Shown here piece after piece: positions 37,110 through 51,270 of a stretch of 63,278 bases of DNA. Both the position numbers and the translations under genes were made by a program. The notes below the pieces were generated by a model. It did no database searches, was not told where the DNA came from, and was given only the letters and a program-made list of their open reading frames with translations. Source of the DNA: Octopus bimaculoides. Lineage: Eukaryota. Numbering within the stretch: the stretch's first letter is position 1; each line of letters starts with the position of its first letter. The stretch lies in assembly GCF_001194135.2 (NCBI RefSeq), contig NC_069009.1, positions 11,178,485 to 11,241,762 of the forward strand, given 5' to 3'.

Positions 37110-40100
37110 TTGGCAAGATCCAACCACAAAGTTAGATAGATTCAGGACGAAGTGACACATTTTCCGCTCATTATAGTCGATCTGAGGAAATATTCAAGAA
37201 CGAATGTTCAGACTGGATAGAAGACCAAAAGACTATACTTTTGCTAAGAAAATTAGCACCATCGCAACATGAAAATTGTATTAATTATAAACTACCCCGA
37301 AAACCTGGAGAATTATGTTTTGAAGCCACAATAAGCATAATATCAAACAACTTTAGTAAAAAAATACCTTTCTTCAACATGAGATGGTCGTATTTAAATT
37401 TGATAAAAACATAGATAATGGCTTCATAGTATATTCTGGAATAGTAAACTGTAAGCGTGAAAGGTACAAACTAAAGGAACTAACAACGGATATATTTAAG
37501 TGTCTCATATTCGTTCAAGAATTAACAGAATAACATGATTCGAAAATTCGAACAAGGCTAAAGTAGAACAGGACCTGGATATTACTCTTCAACAGATATC
37601 AGATAACATGCCAACGGATAATAAATCTCACACATAGTAATGTGATATATCAAACATACAGGCTATGAGGCCAAAAAAAAAAATAAACATAAGAAAGTGC
37701 AAAGTGGATCCGTGCACGAGATGCAGTAAAATACACAACCGGTATTACTGTCCATTCAAAAAACTTAAATGTTTTAGGTGTGGATTTCGAGGTCCCAAAT
37801 GTTCTCATTTCCGTACAAAAATAAGGAAAGAGTTAAAAAATGATACATACAGGAAACGTAATGTAAATAGATATGGTGTACCTGAAAATGATAAGGATAA
37901 CGAAATATATAACTAGTTTGTAAACATAAAAATAAGTGGAACAAATGTCATATTAGTGCGATATAACAATATTAAAAGACAAAACATGGAGTGTGCTTGG
38001 TAAACCCGGACTAAGTAAAACTACAAAAGCTACGAGGGACGTTTCGAGAAGAAAATTTTTGTCTAAACGTGAATTCAATTTGAACGTAACTTTCCGAAGT
38101 AGAACGGTAAATGAAAAAGGTTTATGTGCTAAATAATCCAATAAACTATTTGGAATGAATAGGATGCAGAAATACGATCTCTGCTATTTACCCATTGACC
38201 ATTATTGCAAAAAGGTAATAGACACAGGTACAAGTTCTAATACCGCGTCTGGCAAATTGCAAAAAGGATTAAAGATATTATTTCCAGACGTGTTTTCAAA
38301 TGCACTAGGTGCGTACTCGAAAACGAAAATAAAATTTGAGATAAAATAGAACACAGCACTGATTTTTAAACACCCCAAAAGTTAAAACTCCAAAAATTTA
38401 TTTTAAAAACTTAGTGAATACGGGTTCAAAGTGACAGCAGATAAGAGTTCTTTTTGCCTAAAATTGGATATTTGGGGCAAATCATACATAGAAAGGGTCG
38501 GCATCCGGATCATACCTGGGTATCAGCAATTAAAAATATGCCTTGCTAAAGAATGTGTCATGAGCAGCGCTAGTACAGACAAAATTAGAGCTAGAGAGAG
38601 TACAAAAAATTAGAGTTATCAAAAAAGTAGAATAATCTAAATGGGCTGCAACCTGCTGTGTACTTTAAGAAAAAGTATAACATCATTCTGTGCTGATTTT
38701 TCCACTCGGTTAAATGAATGACATAGAACGTTCAACGATCCGCTACCTAACCCAGAGGACATATTTGTGAAATTAAATGGTGGCAAGATTATTTTCTAAA
38801 TTGAATCTCCCTGACGCGTATCTACAAATTAAAGTAGACGATGACTTTATAATTACAACATGTTACCATTTGGCATAAAAGTCCCACCGCTGACCTTTCA
38901 ACAGATTATAGATAAAATGTTAGCGGAATGTGAATTCGCAATTGCTTATCTTGATTACATATTGATTAAGAGTGAATTAAGAAGTCTGCATCATGCACAA
39001 CATGAGGGAAAGGTATTTAAAAACTAAGTTAATACGGATCTAAAATGAGATGAAGATGAGTGTGATTTCTTTTTGCCTAAAATTAGATATTTGGGGAAAA
39101 TCATACATAGAAAGGGTCGTCATCCTGATCCTACCCGTGCATCAGCAATTGAAAATATGTCCTGTCAAAGAATATGGAGACATTACAAGCATGTTGGGGT
39201 TTCGTGAATTATTACCAAATTTGCATCCCTAATATTCAAAACTCTCTTGCGCTATTAAATTGCCAGCCAAAGGAAGGAATGAAATGGCATTGGACGCCAC
39301 AATACCAAGAAGCCGTTAAAGAGTTAAAAGATATACTAACTTCCACGCTATCTTTAACACACTATGACCCGGAAGAGAAAATAATAGTAGCTTCAGATGC
39401 CACTGAATATGGCATCGGAGCGGTAATTTTGCATATGTATGAAGATGGCGATACAGAACCCGTAGCACATGCACCATGTAAACTATTGCACGCTGAGAGA
39501 TATTACTGCCTGATTCAGAAGACGATTTGGCAATTATTTATGCTGTAACAAAGTTCCAAAATTTCATCCCTGGCAGAAAGTTTTGTCTACAAACTGATCA
39601 TCGCTCCTTGTTGGGTATTTTTGGCTCTAAGAATGGCATCCCAGTACATACTGCCAATAGATTGAAGAGATGGGGAGTCATTTTGTTGAACTGCAATTTT
39701 AAAATGGAATACCTCTCCCGAAAATAGTTAAACCACACAGACTGGTTATCTAGATTAATACCTAAAGATGTCGAACCGTTTGAAGAAAGAGCAATTGTAT
39801 CGTTAAGTGCTGGAACAGAGATAAAAGCATTTTGTTAAACATGCTTAATGAATTTCCAATAAACATAGACAAAATTAAAGCCAAAGCACTGAAAGATATT
39901 TTTATAAATAAAATGAAAGTAACATTGAAAGAAAACAAAATACACGCCGGACTGAAAATTAAACTTTCAACACATATTCCGTGTGCGAAAACATCCTAAT
40001 GTATGCACAGAGGATTGTGGTACCACTTACACCGCAAAAAAGAATTCTCTAAGATTTTCACGTTGAACATCCAGGATTATCGCGCATGAGAGCGCTTATG

Positions 40101-40920
40101 AGGAGCTATGCGTATTGGCCGACGATGGACAAAATATCGAAAATCTTGTAAAATCCTGTAAAAGCAAGGCTCTGACAACGAAATAACCTGCTGTAAATTA
40201 CAACCATGCCCAAATGACTGAGACACTTTTGTCCAGGCTCCTCAAAGTCTTCACTATATTCTTGTCATAGTGGATAGCTATGCAAAATCTCCGGAAGCAT
40301 GTATATTTTGACAGCTTATGTCCTCTGAAATAATCGATTTCATCCATGAGATATTTGCTCGATATGATATACTGGATATCATTATGTCCGATATTGGGAC
40401 ACAGTTTAAAGGATCTCAATTCAGACATTTCCGCCTGATGTTCCAAACTAGTCATATAACCACGGTCAAATAGTCAGGCGGAATGTTTTGTGGATACGTA
40501 CTAGAGGGCATTAAGAAAAGCGAACAACTAAAAGATTAATGACTAGCTTTTAAAACCTTCTCAGGATATACAAAGTTACTTCAAACCCAAATGCGCCGTT
40601 AGATAAATCACCAGCTGAACTAATGTTCCCGAGAAAGATTACGTCCAATACTCAACATACTGGTGTCAGGCAGAGGGGGAAAAAAGACTTGGAATATCGA
40701 TAATGGCAAAGACGGAACGCCGAAAAATTTAGAAGTAGGCGAAGAAGTGCTTATTAAAACATACAGTCATGGGAAAGAATCATGGGATGATGGTATTATT
40801 TGTAATAGAATTGGGAAAACGATCTATATGGTAAAAAAGGCAAAAGGAAAAGGGTTCAATTTCAAAAGACATGGAAAACATTTGAGAAAAAGGTACACCG
40901 AAGATAATGATAAAAAATGA
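37110..40920 (+). mobile_element. Decayed Ty3/Gypsy gag-pol (zinc knuckle, RT, RNase H, integrase); LTRs not identified
   Basis: CTRCSKIHNRYYCPFKKLKCFRCG (gag), AYLDYILI (RT), VASDATEYGIGAV and TDHRSLLGIFG (RNase H), HPGLSRMRALMRSYAYWP (integrase). There are many frameshifts and an internal duplication at about 38400-38560 / 39020-39180. Confidence 0.92.
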
Positions 40921-41245
40921 AAAACTGGTGGGGGTGGGGGTGACATTAATGGTAGTAGCAGTAATAGCAGCAGTAGTGCCGGTAGTAGTACAGGACGAAA
41001 ATATGGAGTGGATAAGAACAAGAAGAGGGGGGGGGAAGGACACAATGTTTTACATGTTAAAAGATATTAAGAGTCATACACTCACAGACATACATATTTG
41101 CAGATATTCACAAATAATCACACATTTCTATCAAAAAGTGACAATGTAGAGAGAGGCAGGGACTGGGCTCGAAAAAGAAGAATATTTGAAATGCTTAATT
41201 ATATATTATCAACGAGATATTATCAACAAGACTTATTCAACTCAC

Positions 41246-41317
41246 AGGTATCTTAAACTGGGAAGGTCATTAAAGGATCTAACTTCAATTTTTTGGATAT
41301 CATTTGCATTCAAATAT
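41246..41317 (-). CDS. LRR exon 8: YLNANDIQKIEVRSFNDLPSLRY
   Basis: tttacAG, 72 nt, GTgagt; also at the end of ORF 41242-41682. Confidence 0.93.
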
Positions 41318-42259
41318 CTGTAAAATAAAAAAAAGTCCGTTGTTAACAGAAAAATTAGAAGTGTTTTATAACAAAAAGTATCATGACTAAACAAATACTT
41401 GGTCGGAAGAAAAATAAGGTAGAAATTGATAATGAGAACAATGAGGAGAAGAGGAGTTTCTGTGGTGATGATTGTAGTGATGAATACGGCGATGAGACGG
41501 ACAAGATGATGGTTGTAGTGTTGAAGGTAATGTTGCTGTTTCTGATAATGGTGATGGTCATGTGTGTGATAAAGATTTTGAGGAGGATAATTGCGATGAT
41601 GATTATTATTTTGGTGATGTCTGTGGAACTGGTGACGTTTCTGGTGAAGATAATAATTCTGAAGGCGATGAAAATGATGCAAATGATTGTGAGGTTGATA
41701 ATATTGATAATGGTGATGAAAATGATGGGACTGGTTATGAAGAATAGAAAATATACAACAGCAGTAGAAATGTTAAAGGAAATTTGAGACGACGGAAACA
41801 ATACAAATGTAAATAGCTGGAAGAAAATGTTGTTGGGAGTAGGAGAATAAAAAGAATAGAAGAAAGGGATCGAAGAGAACAGCAAGTTGGGGTAGAATGT
41901 CGAGAACAACTAAAAAAAAAACAGAAAGGATAAGTCAAACGACAGCTCCATTAAAAAGCAGAAGAAGAAAAAAGGAATCGACAGAATAAGACGAATAAGA
42001 AAATACAAACACAAGTAGTAGGATAAAATCGAGAAGCACGAAACAAAGAAGAAGAAGAAGAAGAAGAAGAAGAAGAAGAAGAAGAAGAAGAAGAAGAAGA
42101 AGAAGAAGAAGAAGAAGAAGAAGAAGAAGAGGGGGAGGATTAGGTGGCAACGGGAAGTCTTCGACACTCACTCAAATTATTACGAATTGTATATTTTTTT
42201 GTTCGAGAAGAAAATAATAATCTTGTTTTTAATCTTGGAAAAATTACTGATAATGTTTC

Positions 42260-43270
42260 CATTGAAAACACAAAAATGAAAGGTGGCACTAAAGAAGTAG
42301 TGCAAAGCGTAAATGTAAATGCATTCTCAGCAAATGAAGCAGAAGTAATAGGAAGAGATATATCACAAGAATACGATGATGACCAACAAGGCATAGTGAG
42401 GTTACTGTGCCAATATATTAGAGAGACCAGGCTCAATCTACCCCCACCCAACCTGAGGTACAATGTCCGACGCAAGCTCAAATTTGAAATCGAAAAGATA
42501 GATGTTGTTCCTGAGCTATTCCAGACAAGAAATATAAGTGAAAATAATAAGATTACTTAGACTGCAGGTATTTTTGCTGCAGATAGAGTTAGATACGAAA
42601 GAAAAGAGCAAATACAACGTAAAGAACCATATTGGCGAATTTCTATGAAACAACCCAAGTTAAAAAAAGGTATTTAGGACAAGTTGATAGATTGATAAGC
42701 GGGGAACTGCAGAAAGAAAGCATAAGAATAAGGCTGGAAAGAACATATAGAACAAGAGATAAAGATTATGATGTGATGTTGGAAGAATTGAAACAAAGAG
42801 GAGTAGCAATGAAAGCAAAACTGGAAGGATATGACAAAAAAAGACAGTTCAGGCAAAACAGATTGTGTGAGGCAATTCTGAAGAAACTAATTCAGGAACT
42901 ATATGGGTGAATACACGTAACAAGGACACCAGATGCAGAGGAAAGCAAGGTATTTTGGAGAGAGATCTTGGACCGACCCGTAGAGCATAATGATGTAGCG
43001 TTGTGGCTGCATGAAATCCAAGAGAGTTTAAGAAATATAGAAGTCCAAAGAGACATAAAGATAATTACAGAATTGATTTTAAAAAAGCATTTAAGAAAAT
43101 TCCCAAATTGGAAGAGGCCAGGACCAGACGGAGTCCAAAGCTGATGGATAAAGAAGCTGAAAGGTCTCCGTAAACTGATAGACCAACAGCTAGATGAGTG
43201 ATTGCAGAAATACGCACTACCCGGCTTGAAGACAAATAGAAAGTCATTGTGGTACCAAGGATCTTTACAA
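42260..43270 (+). mobile_element. Non-LTR retrotransposon fragment, R4/Dong-like
   Basis: EELKQRGVAMKAKL..YDKKRQFRQNRL..., PDAEESKVFWREI and FPNWKRPGPDGVQS*WIKKL resemble the pre-RT and RT-entry region of R4/Dong elements. The clade call is from memory. Confidence 0.7.
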
Positions 43271-43539
43271 TGGCCTTTATGAGTACTCTGATGATGAAAC
43301 TATGATGATAAGTGGATAACAAGAAGAGGAAGGAGAGGAAGAACACAAAATGTTAAACATGCCAATAGATATTATTTTTCAAACACTGACTGACATACGT
43401 ATTTACAGCTATTCACAAACAATCATTCATTTCTATCGAAAATGTACAGAGAGAGACATGGACATGGCGCGAAAAAAAATTTGTAATATTAATAATACAT
43501 TGTCATTGAAATATTATCAACAAGACTTATTCAACTTAC

Positions 43540-43611
43540 AGGAATCTTAAACTGGGCAGGTCATCAAAGGCGCCTGCTGTAACTTTCTCGATTTTATTTT
43601 CATTCAAATAT
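43540..43611 (-). CDS. LRR exon 7: YLNENKIEKVTAGAFDDLPSLRF
   Basis: tttcAG, 72 nt, GTaagt; also at the end of ORF 43536-44003. Confidence 0.93.
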
Positions 43612-44429
43612 CTGAAACATAAAAAAAAGCTCGTTGATAAGAGAAGGTCTAAAAGAGTTTTATAACAAACTATCATGACTAAACAAATAATTGGTAGACG
43701 AAAAAGAAAGTAGACAATGATAATGAGAACGATGAAGAGGATGATGATGAAGGGGAGGATGAGGGGGAGGAGGTGGTAGTGATGAATACGACGATGGGAC
43801 GAAGGAGGATGGTGGTAGCGTTGAATATAATGGTGCTGTTGCTGACGATGGTGATGATCATGTTTGTGACAAAGATTTTGTGGAATTATGATTTTGGTCA
43901 GTCTCTGACCGCAGTAGATAGGGACTAAGAACAGTTCCTCGCTTTTCAGATGATTCAAAGTGCCATGTTTGACTTCTTTAGTGCGGAAAGATGCATCCAC
44001 CATTCAATAGGCCCTTCCTTTCTATATATTCCTTTAGATTTCATACAGAACCAAAAGGTTTTTATATTTGAGCTTCTATAACTCTTTCCACCATTATTGA
44101 TTTTAGTCCGAGTGTACGGTACGTCACTGTGTGGCATATCGTATCCTGGATCTTCTTAGTGGGGTCCGTATTTAACTTTACAGCTATTCCGTCTCTCTCT
44201 CCACTAGCTGTCCAGTATTTTAAAGTTTCTCTTCAGAGAATTGTATTCTCCGAAGAGATGACTTGGTTGCTCCAGCGAAAAAAAGTGTAGAAAAGTTAAT
44301 TAAAGCCTTTGCACCAGTTTGGCTTTGTGCCAATTTCGGGCATTCGATAACAATATGCCATATCGTTCCACGTCTCTCACCACACATTTTGCATTTGTGG
44401 TTATGGCTGGATAGATTTCACGTCCGGCG

Positions 44430-45700
44430 TCGAATGAATGCCGTGGATCTGGGTGGCGGAGGCGGATCACTGCGAAAGTTGATAACAGCTTTTGAAGTAC
44501 AGGTAATCAATGGCTAGCTGCACGAGGGGTAAATCACCTGGTTTGGACGGTCTGCCCTATGAGCTTTACGCTTACATGAGACTTGTTCGGTGACCTCTTA
44601 GCAAACGTTTACTGCAACTGGCAGCAGAATGGGTGAATTTCCAGTTTTTTGAGCCGACGAGCGGTGGCGTTGTTGAGAAAAGAGCCGAACACGGGGTATT
44701 GTATTGAGAAGTTTAGGTCTATAATTCTGCTGAATGTAGAATTCAAAACTCTAACCAAATTATTAACAACAAGGTTGGCACTTGTCATCGGGGATCTGGT
44801 AGGGGAGTCAAAGACATGTGTCATCCCGAAGTTTCATCGATGACAACTTCCACCTCATGCGAAATATTATTGAGGAAATGGCTAAAGAAGCTGGCACGGG
44901 TGGAGACATGATCAACAGTCTAAAGCTGTGTCGACAAGGTGGTGGTCCTCAAGGCAGCTCATCTCGAGCCTCTATACAGGGGCTTGGTCGCTGCAATGCA
45001 CAGGGGCATCTGTTCGGGGATCAAAATGAACGGTCATCTCCAAGAGCCGTTCAACATCAGGCACTCAGTCCGGCAATGTTGTACACTCTCATCTCTCTTG
45101 TATGCACTGACTCTTGAGCGTGTCGGCTTATGCGAACGACGTCAATGTAGTGGTGTCGGATCATAAACACATGAAATGATCGGCACCGATCTCAGGGGCT
45201 ATGGGGCGGTTTCAGGAGTGACAATTAAGAGGAAAAATCAGTGGGCTTCCGGTTCGGTACCTGGAGAATCAAGTCCATGCTATCCAACAGCTTCGTTAGT
45301 CGCTGGACAGATGAAGCGCTTAAATTGCTCCGCGTTTCGTTCGGTCCGCACCTCCAGATCGACAAACACTGGGACGAGGTAACAAGTAGGGTGACTACTC
45401 TCACTCAGAAAGCTATACCTAAAAGGTAGGCCAGAGGTAACTAACAAGTATATCGCGTCCGTCATCCACTAACGCTTGACCGTCGTGCCATATCCTGGCC
45501 ACCGTCTATTTACACTGGAACGTATACATTTCCGCTTCTTGCGAAAGGGATCTATCCCGATGGTCAAGCGGTCTGTCAACTGTTAACACACGTTGCGTAG
45601 TGGCCTGGGCATGCCGTGATTGATGATGCTGAGGCTACGACATCTCCAGTGCTTCGTTGGTGGTGAACAGGGCTCGAGGGGGAACATTTGGAAAGTGCAA
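44430..45700 (+). mobile_element. L1/Tx1-like reverse transcriptase remnant
   Basis: ARGKSPGLDGLPYELY, FRSIILLNVEFKTLTKLL..RL, DNFHLMRNII, SVRQ.C.LS.LLYALTLE and AYANDV motifs in broken frames. Confidence 0.85.
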
Positions 45701-46148
45701 TGCTTGGACGTCAAAAAAGATTAGTTAGACATATTTCCGGAGAAATTTCCTGCTAGCATCGATGGATAATTTTCAAAAATCTCTGGCCTATAAGTGCTAC
45801 CGGGGAGCTTTGATTGTTCGCGATGGACTTTACAGGCACGAAAGTATCGTCAGCGGAGCATGTTCGAAATGAGTGCAGGACGACGAGATGGTACTGCATA
45901 CACTCGTCCAATATTAATACACTCGCATACACTCATCCATACACAGAGGTGGGAACCATTTATTGCATGCAGTAAATGGTTCCAATCAATTATCACGCTC
46001 GATTATATCCCAAATCTAAGAAATGGACCTACACTCAAACTCACAGATTCATAAACAATGAAACACATCGTTAAATAGACTGGAATATGCTACAGATTTA
46101 GAAAGATATCGTTAATGAAATGTTATAAAATAAGATGATTCAACTTAC

Positions 46149-46220
46149 AGATGTGTTAAACGGGGAAGATTTTGGATGCTTCCTGCTTTGATTTCCTTCA
46201 GAGCATTACCGCCCAAATAC
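46149..46220 (-). CDS. LRR exon 6: YLGGNALKEIKAGSIQNLPRLTH
   Basis: tttcAG, 72 nt, GTaagt; open. Confidence 0.92.
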
Positions 46221-46921
46221 CTGAAACATAAAATTAAGTTACGAACTTTTATGGAACAGATTTCTAAGTGAATATTGAATATTATGGTTAAACAATTAGC
46301 TAATTGAAAAGTTAAAGAGTAAATGATGATTATGATGGACTTGATGATGATGTTGTGGATGATGATGATTATGACAATAATGACGATGGTGTTAATGATG
46401 ACAATGATGACGGTGATGATGTTGATGTGGTGATGATATGATAATTATATACGATAGTGGTGTTTGGTGGTCGTAATGGTAATGGTGGCGGTAGATATGA
46501 TGACAAGGCAGAGGAAGGAGAAGGCAGTATTCGTCTTAATAATAATGGTGACGATAATGCTGATGATGATGGTAACGCAGACTATGATGTTGTCTGTCCT
46601 AATGTCATGGATGAGGAAATGTATGCCCCTGCTGATGATGATGATTCTGGTGATAAGAATAACGAGGCTGGTGATGACTCTGGTGAGGAAAATGATGAAG
46701 AGCTCGTGACGTAGATGCCGATTGTGATGAATGAAGCAGAGGAAGGGGATTTACATAAGAATGATACTTGAAAAAGGAACCAAGTGGGGAACCGGGAAAT
46801 GAAATGCAAAACAAATCTGGGAGAATTACGAGAATAGAAAGAAATGAAGAAAAATAAGAACAACGGAGGACGTAATGATGATGATGATGGTGATGATGAT
46901 GATGATGAAGACAACGACGAC

Positions 46922-46957
<36 letters not shown>

Positions 46958-47099
46958 GACAACGACGATGATGATGATGATGATGATGATGGTGGGGATA
47001 ATGATGAAAGGGGAAAAGAAAGATAAGAATATGAAGAAGAGGAAGAGAATGAAAAGGATCACAAAAAGAAGTAGAGAGTGAAGGGGAAAGAAAAGAGGA

Positions 47100-47115
47100 A
47101 TAAAATTAGAAGAAA

Positions 47116-47146
<31 letters not shown>

Positions 47147-49260
47147 AGGAGGAGGCGCAGGAGGAGGAGGAGGAGGAGAAGAAGAAGAAGAAGAAGAAAT
47201 AGGAGAAAAAGAAGAAGAAAAAGAAGGAGGAGGAGGAGAAGAAGAAGAAGAAGAAGAAGAAGAAGGAGAAGAATAAGGAAGAAGAGAGAAGAAGAAGGAG
47301 AAGAAGAAGAAGAAGAAGAAGAAAAAGAAGAAGAAGGAGAAGAATAAGGAAGAAGAGAGAAGAAGAAGAAGAAGAAAAAGAAGAAGAAGAAGAAGAAGAA
47401 GTAGAAGAAGAAGAAGAAGGAGAGGAATAAGGAAGAAGAGAGAAGAAGAAGAAGAAGAAGAAGAAGAAGAAGAAGAAGAAAAAGAAGAAGAAGAAGAAGA
47501 AGAAGAAGAAGAAGAANNNNNNNNNNNNNNNNNNNNNNNNNNNNNNNNNNNNNNNNNNNNNNNNNNNNNNNNNNNNNNNNNNNNNNNNNNNNNNNNNNNN
47601 NNNNNNNNNNNNNNNNNNNNNNNNNNNNNNNNNNNNNNNNNNNNNNNNNNNNGAGGAGCAGGAGGAGGAGGAGGAGGAGAAGAAGAAGAAGAAGAAGAAA
47701 GAGGAGAAGAAGAAGAAGAAGAAGAAGGAGGAGGAGGAGAAGAAGAAGGAGGAGGAGAAGAAGAAGAAGAAGAAGAAGAAGAAGAAGAAGAAGAAGAAGA
47801 AGAAGAAGAAGAAGAAGAAGAAGAATTGACTCATTATAGAAGGAAATTATGAGGACTAAAATTTAGCGTGTGAAAAAAAGGATGATGATAAACGAATGAA
47901 AATAGGAACTCTGCAGAAAATGAGGAAGGAAAATGAAATTATGAAGAATATGAATAAATGTATAGGCAATAAAGGTATAGGCAAATTAAAAGAATCTGTA
48001 AAAGAAGAAGAAGAAGAAAAAGAAGAAGAAGAACGAGGGGAGACAGAAGTGAAGAAGAAGAAGAAGAAGGAGAAGAAGAAGAAGAAGNNNNNNNNNNNNN
48101 NNNNNNNNNNNNNNNNNNNNNNNNNNNNNNNNNNNNNNNNNNNNNNNNNNNNNNNNNNNNNNNNNNNNNNNNNNNNNNNNNNNNNNNNNNNNNNNNNNNN
48201 NNNNNNNNNNNNNNNNNNNNNNNNNNNNNNNNNNNNNNNNNNNNNNNNNNNNNNNNNNNNNNNNNNNNNNNNNNNNNNNNNNNNNNNNNNNNNNNNNNNN
48301 NNNNNNNNNNNNNNNNNNNNNNNNNNNNNNNNNNNNNNNNNNNNNNNNNNNNNNNNNNNNNNNNNNNNNNNNNNNNNNNNNNNNNNNNNNNNNNNNNNNN
48401 NNNNNNNNNNNNNNNNNNNNNNNNNNNNNNNNNNNNNNNNNNNNNNNNNNNNNNNNNNNNNNNNNNNNNNNNNNNNNNNNNNNNNNNNNNNNNNNNNNNN
48501 NNNNNNNNNNNNNNNNNNNNNNNNNNNNNNNNNNNNNNNNNNNNNNNNNNNNNNNNNNNNNNNNNNNNNNNNNNNNNNNNNNNNNNNNNNNNNNNNNNNN
48601 NNNNNNNNNNNNNNNNNNNNNNNNNNNNNNNNNNNNNNNNNNNNNNNNNNNNNNNNNNNNNNNNNNNNNNNNNNNNNNNNNNNNNNNNNNNNNNNNNNNN
48701 NNNNNNNNNNNNNNNNNNNNNNNNNNNNNNNNNNNAAAAAGAAGAAGAAGAAGAAGAAGAAGAAGAAGAAGAAGAAGAGGGAAAAAGAAGAAGAACGAGG
48801 GGAGACAGAAGTGAAGAAGAAGAAGAAGAAGAAGAAGAAAAAGAAGAAGAAGACGAAGAAGAAGAAGAAGAAGGAGAAGGAGAAGAAGAAGAAGAAGAAG
48901 AAGAAGAAGAAGAAGAAGAAGAAGAAGAAGAAAAAGAAGAAGAGGGAAAAAGAAGATGAACGAGGGGAGACAGAAGTGAGGAAGAAGAAGAAGAAAAAGA
49001 AGAAAAAGAAGAACGAGGGTAGACAGAAGTGAAGAAGAAGAAGAAGAAGAAGAAGAAGAAGAAGAAGAAGAAGAAGAAGAAGAAGAAGAAGAAGAAGAAG
49101 ATGAAGAAGAAGAGGGAAAAAGAAGAACGAGGGGAGACAGAAGTGAAGAAGAAGAAGAAGAAGAAGAAGAAAAAAAAGAAGAAGAAGAAGAAGAAGAAGA
49201 AGAAGAAGAAGAAGAAGAAGAAGAAGAAGAAGAAGAAGAAGAAGAAGAAGAAGAAGAACG
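47100..49260. repeat. Large GAA-based array with punctuating higher-order motifs; contains gaps
   Basis: gaacgaggggagacagaagtg or a near-copy recurs at about 48030, 48793, 48958, 49012 and 49126; ggagaagaataaggaagaagagag occurs three times at about 47265-47440. Confidence 0.9.
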
Positions 49261-50678
49261 TGGAGGAGGACGAAGAAGTAGAACGACAAAAACAACAGCA
49301 GCAACAGGAGGAACTCAGAGAAATGGGAAGAACGACACAAAAAGGACACACATAGCAGAATAACATAGCAATATCGAGTGGTATATAATTCCCTTCGGAA
49401 AACAGAAAAATTCCAATGTACCAAAAATGTTGGTAAAGGGGATATGTTTTGGAAATAATGGCAATAATAATGGAACATACCCCACTAACGTGATGAGTAG
49501 GTTGTTTACGTCGTTACTAAAATTGTGACGTCGAACAGTCGGAGTAGTCAGTTATAGAGGGTCCGACGATGGATTACAACATGAACAAGAATTATACGAG
49601 GTGAAGTAGAGGTAGAAGAGAAATACCAAGAAAAAAGAGATAGGTTATAAATAGTTGACAATAAAGAACAAAAAGAATAGATATAGTAGGAGAAACATGA
49701 ACATGTGAAAAAGTATTAAAGAGAGAAAGAAACTTTTTTTATGAAGACGAACATCAAAGATTTAGGAAAGAAACAGGAGACAATAGTGAAGAGAAAATGA
49801 AAGATGAGAGAGAGAGAACAGAGAAAGGAAAAAAAGAAGAGAAAATAAAGAAAAAGTGTATTATGTACAAAGTTGTCATTGATTTAGGGTTCAAAAAACA
49901 CAGACATAATTGTAGACACGTATTATTATATATTTCCATACACTCTCATATACAAGCAAGAGAAACATTAATATATAAGCACATATACAGAGAAACTTAT
50001 AAAGGCGAAATCACACACTCACACATACCCACACACACTCACAGTCACTCGTACTCATTTTCTCACACAGTCGTTTTCATAATTTTACAATTAACAGAGT
50101 CGTTCACATCCTTGTAAAATTCGGTGGTCAAATTCTCTCTTGCCACATCTATCCATCAAAATCAACAGCAGCACTAGTAGTAGTTGTAATATTTCTTTTT
50201 GCTACTACAGCTGTTGCTTTTTTTGTAGAGGTGGGAGGATGAGGATGTGGTGGTGGATGGGGAGGGGAAGAGGGAAAATAAGAAACAACGTACAAAAAAA
50301 AAAAAAAAATTTATGAAGGCGGAAATTTCGTGATGTCGGAGTAAATGACGAAGAAATAAAAATGGGTAAAATAGATTGCTAAGAGTTGGAAAGTGTAGAA
50401 ACAATTAAATATGAATAATGTAATTCTAAATATGCAATTAGAACGGAGAGCCATCAATGGTAATCAGCGTTGATGAGAAGTAAACAATAAATTATTTATA
50501 AAAAGATATAGAAAATCAAGTCGATACACTCGTATACATTCACATATACTGAAAGAAAGACACAGGCTAATATATGCACATATATACACGAAAACATTCA
50601 CATTAATTATCAGAAACTCATACTTAAACCAACACAATAATATTGACGCACACATAAACACACACACGCACACACACA

Positions 50679-50739
<61 letters not shown>

Positions 50740-50909
50740 AAACTCAAATTCCCAGGCATTCACAAAGAAACTCATATTCCTGTGGAAGGCGGCTGGGAAT
50801 ATATTGTCTCGTCAAGGAGATTGAGAGACAAAAGGAATTATGGAAAGACATGAAATGTTTAGAATTATATTGTCAATAAAAGAGAATAAAAAAATCTAAT
50901 CCAACTTAC

Positions 50910-50981
50910 AGAAGCAGTAAACTGTGGAGATTTTGAAAAGATCCAACTTCCATTCCTTTTATATCATTATATTCCAAATGT
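50910..50981 (-). CDS. LRR exon 5: HLEYNDIKGMEVGSFQNLHSLLL
   Basis: cttacAG, 72 nt, GTaagt; open. Confidence 0.92.
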
Positions 50982-51215
50982 CTGTAAGAAAAACAAATGA
51001 GCTGTGAAAAACTTGTGTAGAACAGATTCGTAATAAAACATTAAATATGCATTATTAGAAAAGCAGACACTGATGATGATGGTGGAGATGATGATGAGGA
51101 AGATGGAGGGTGATTACGATGATGAAGCCTATGGTGGTAGTTGTGGTGGTAGTGGTGGTTGTAGTAGTGATGGATGTGGTGATAAGTCGGAGGACTAGGA
51201 GGATATTGGTAGTGT

Positions 51216-51270
<55 letters not shown>

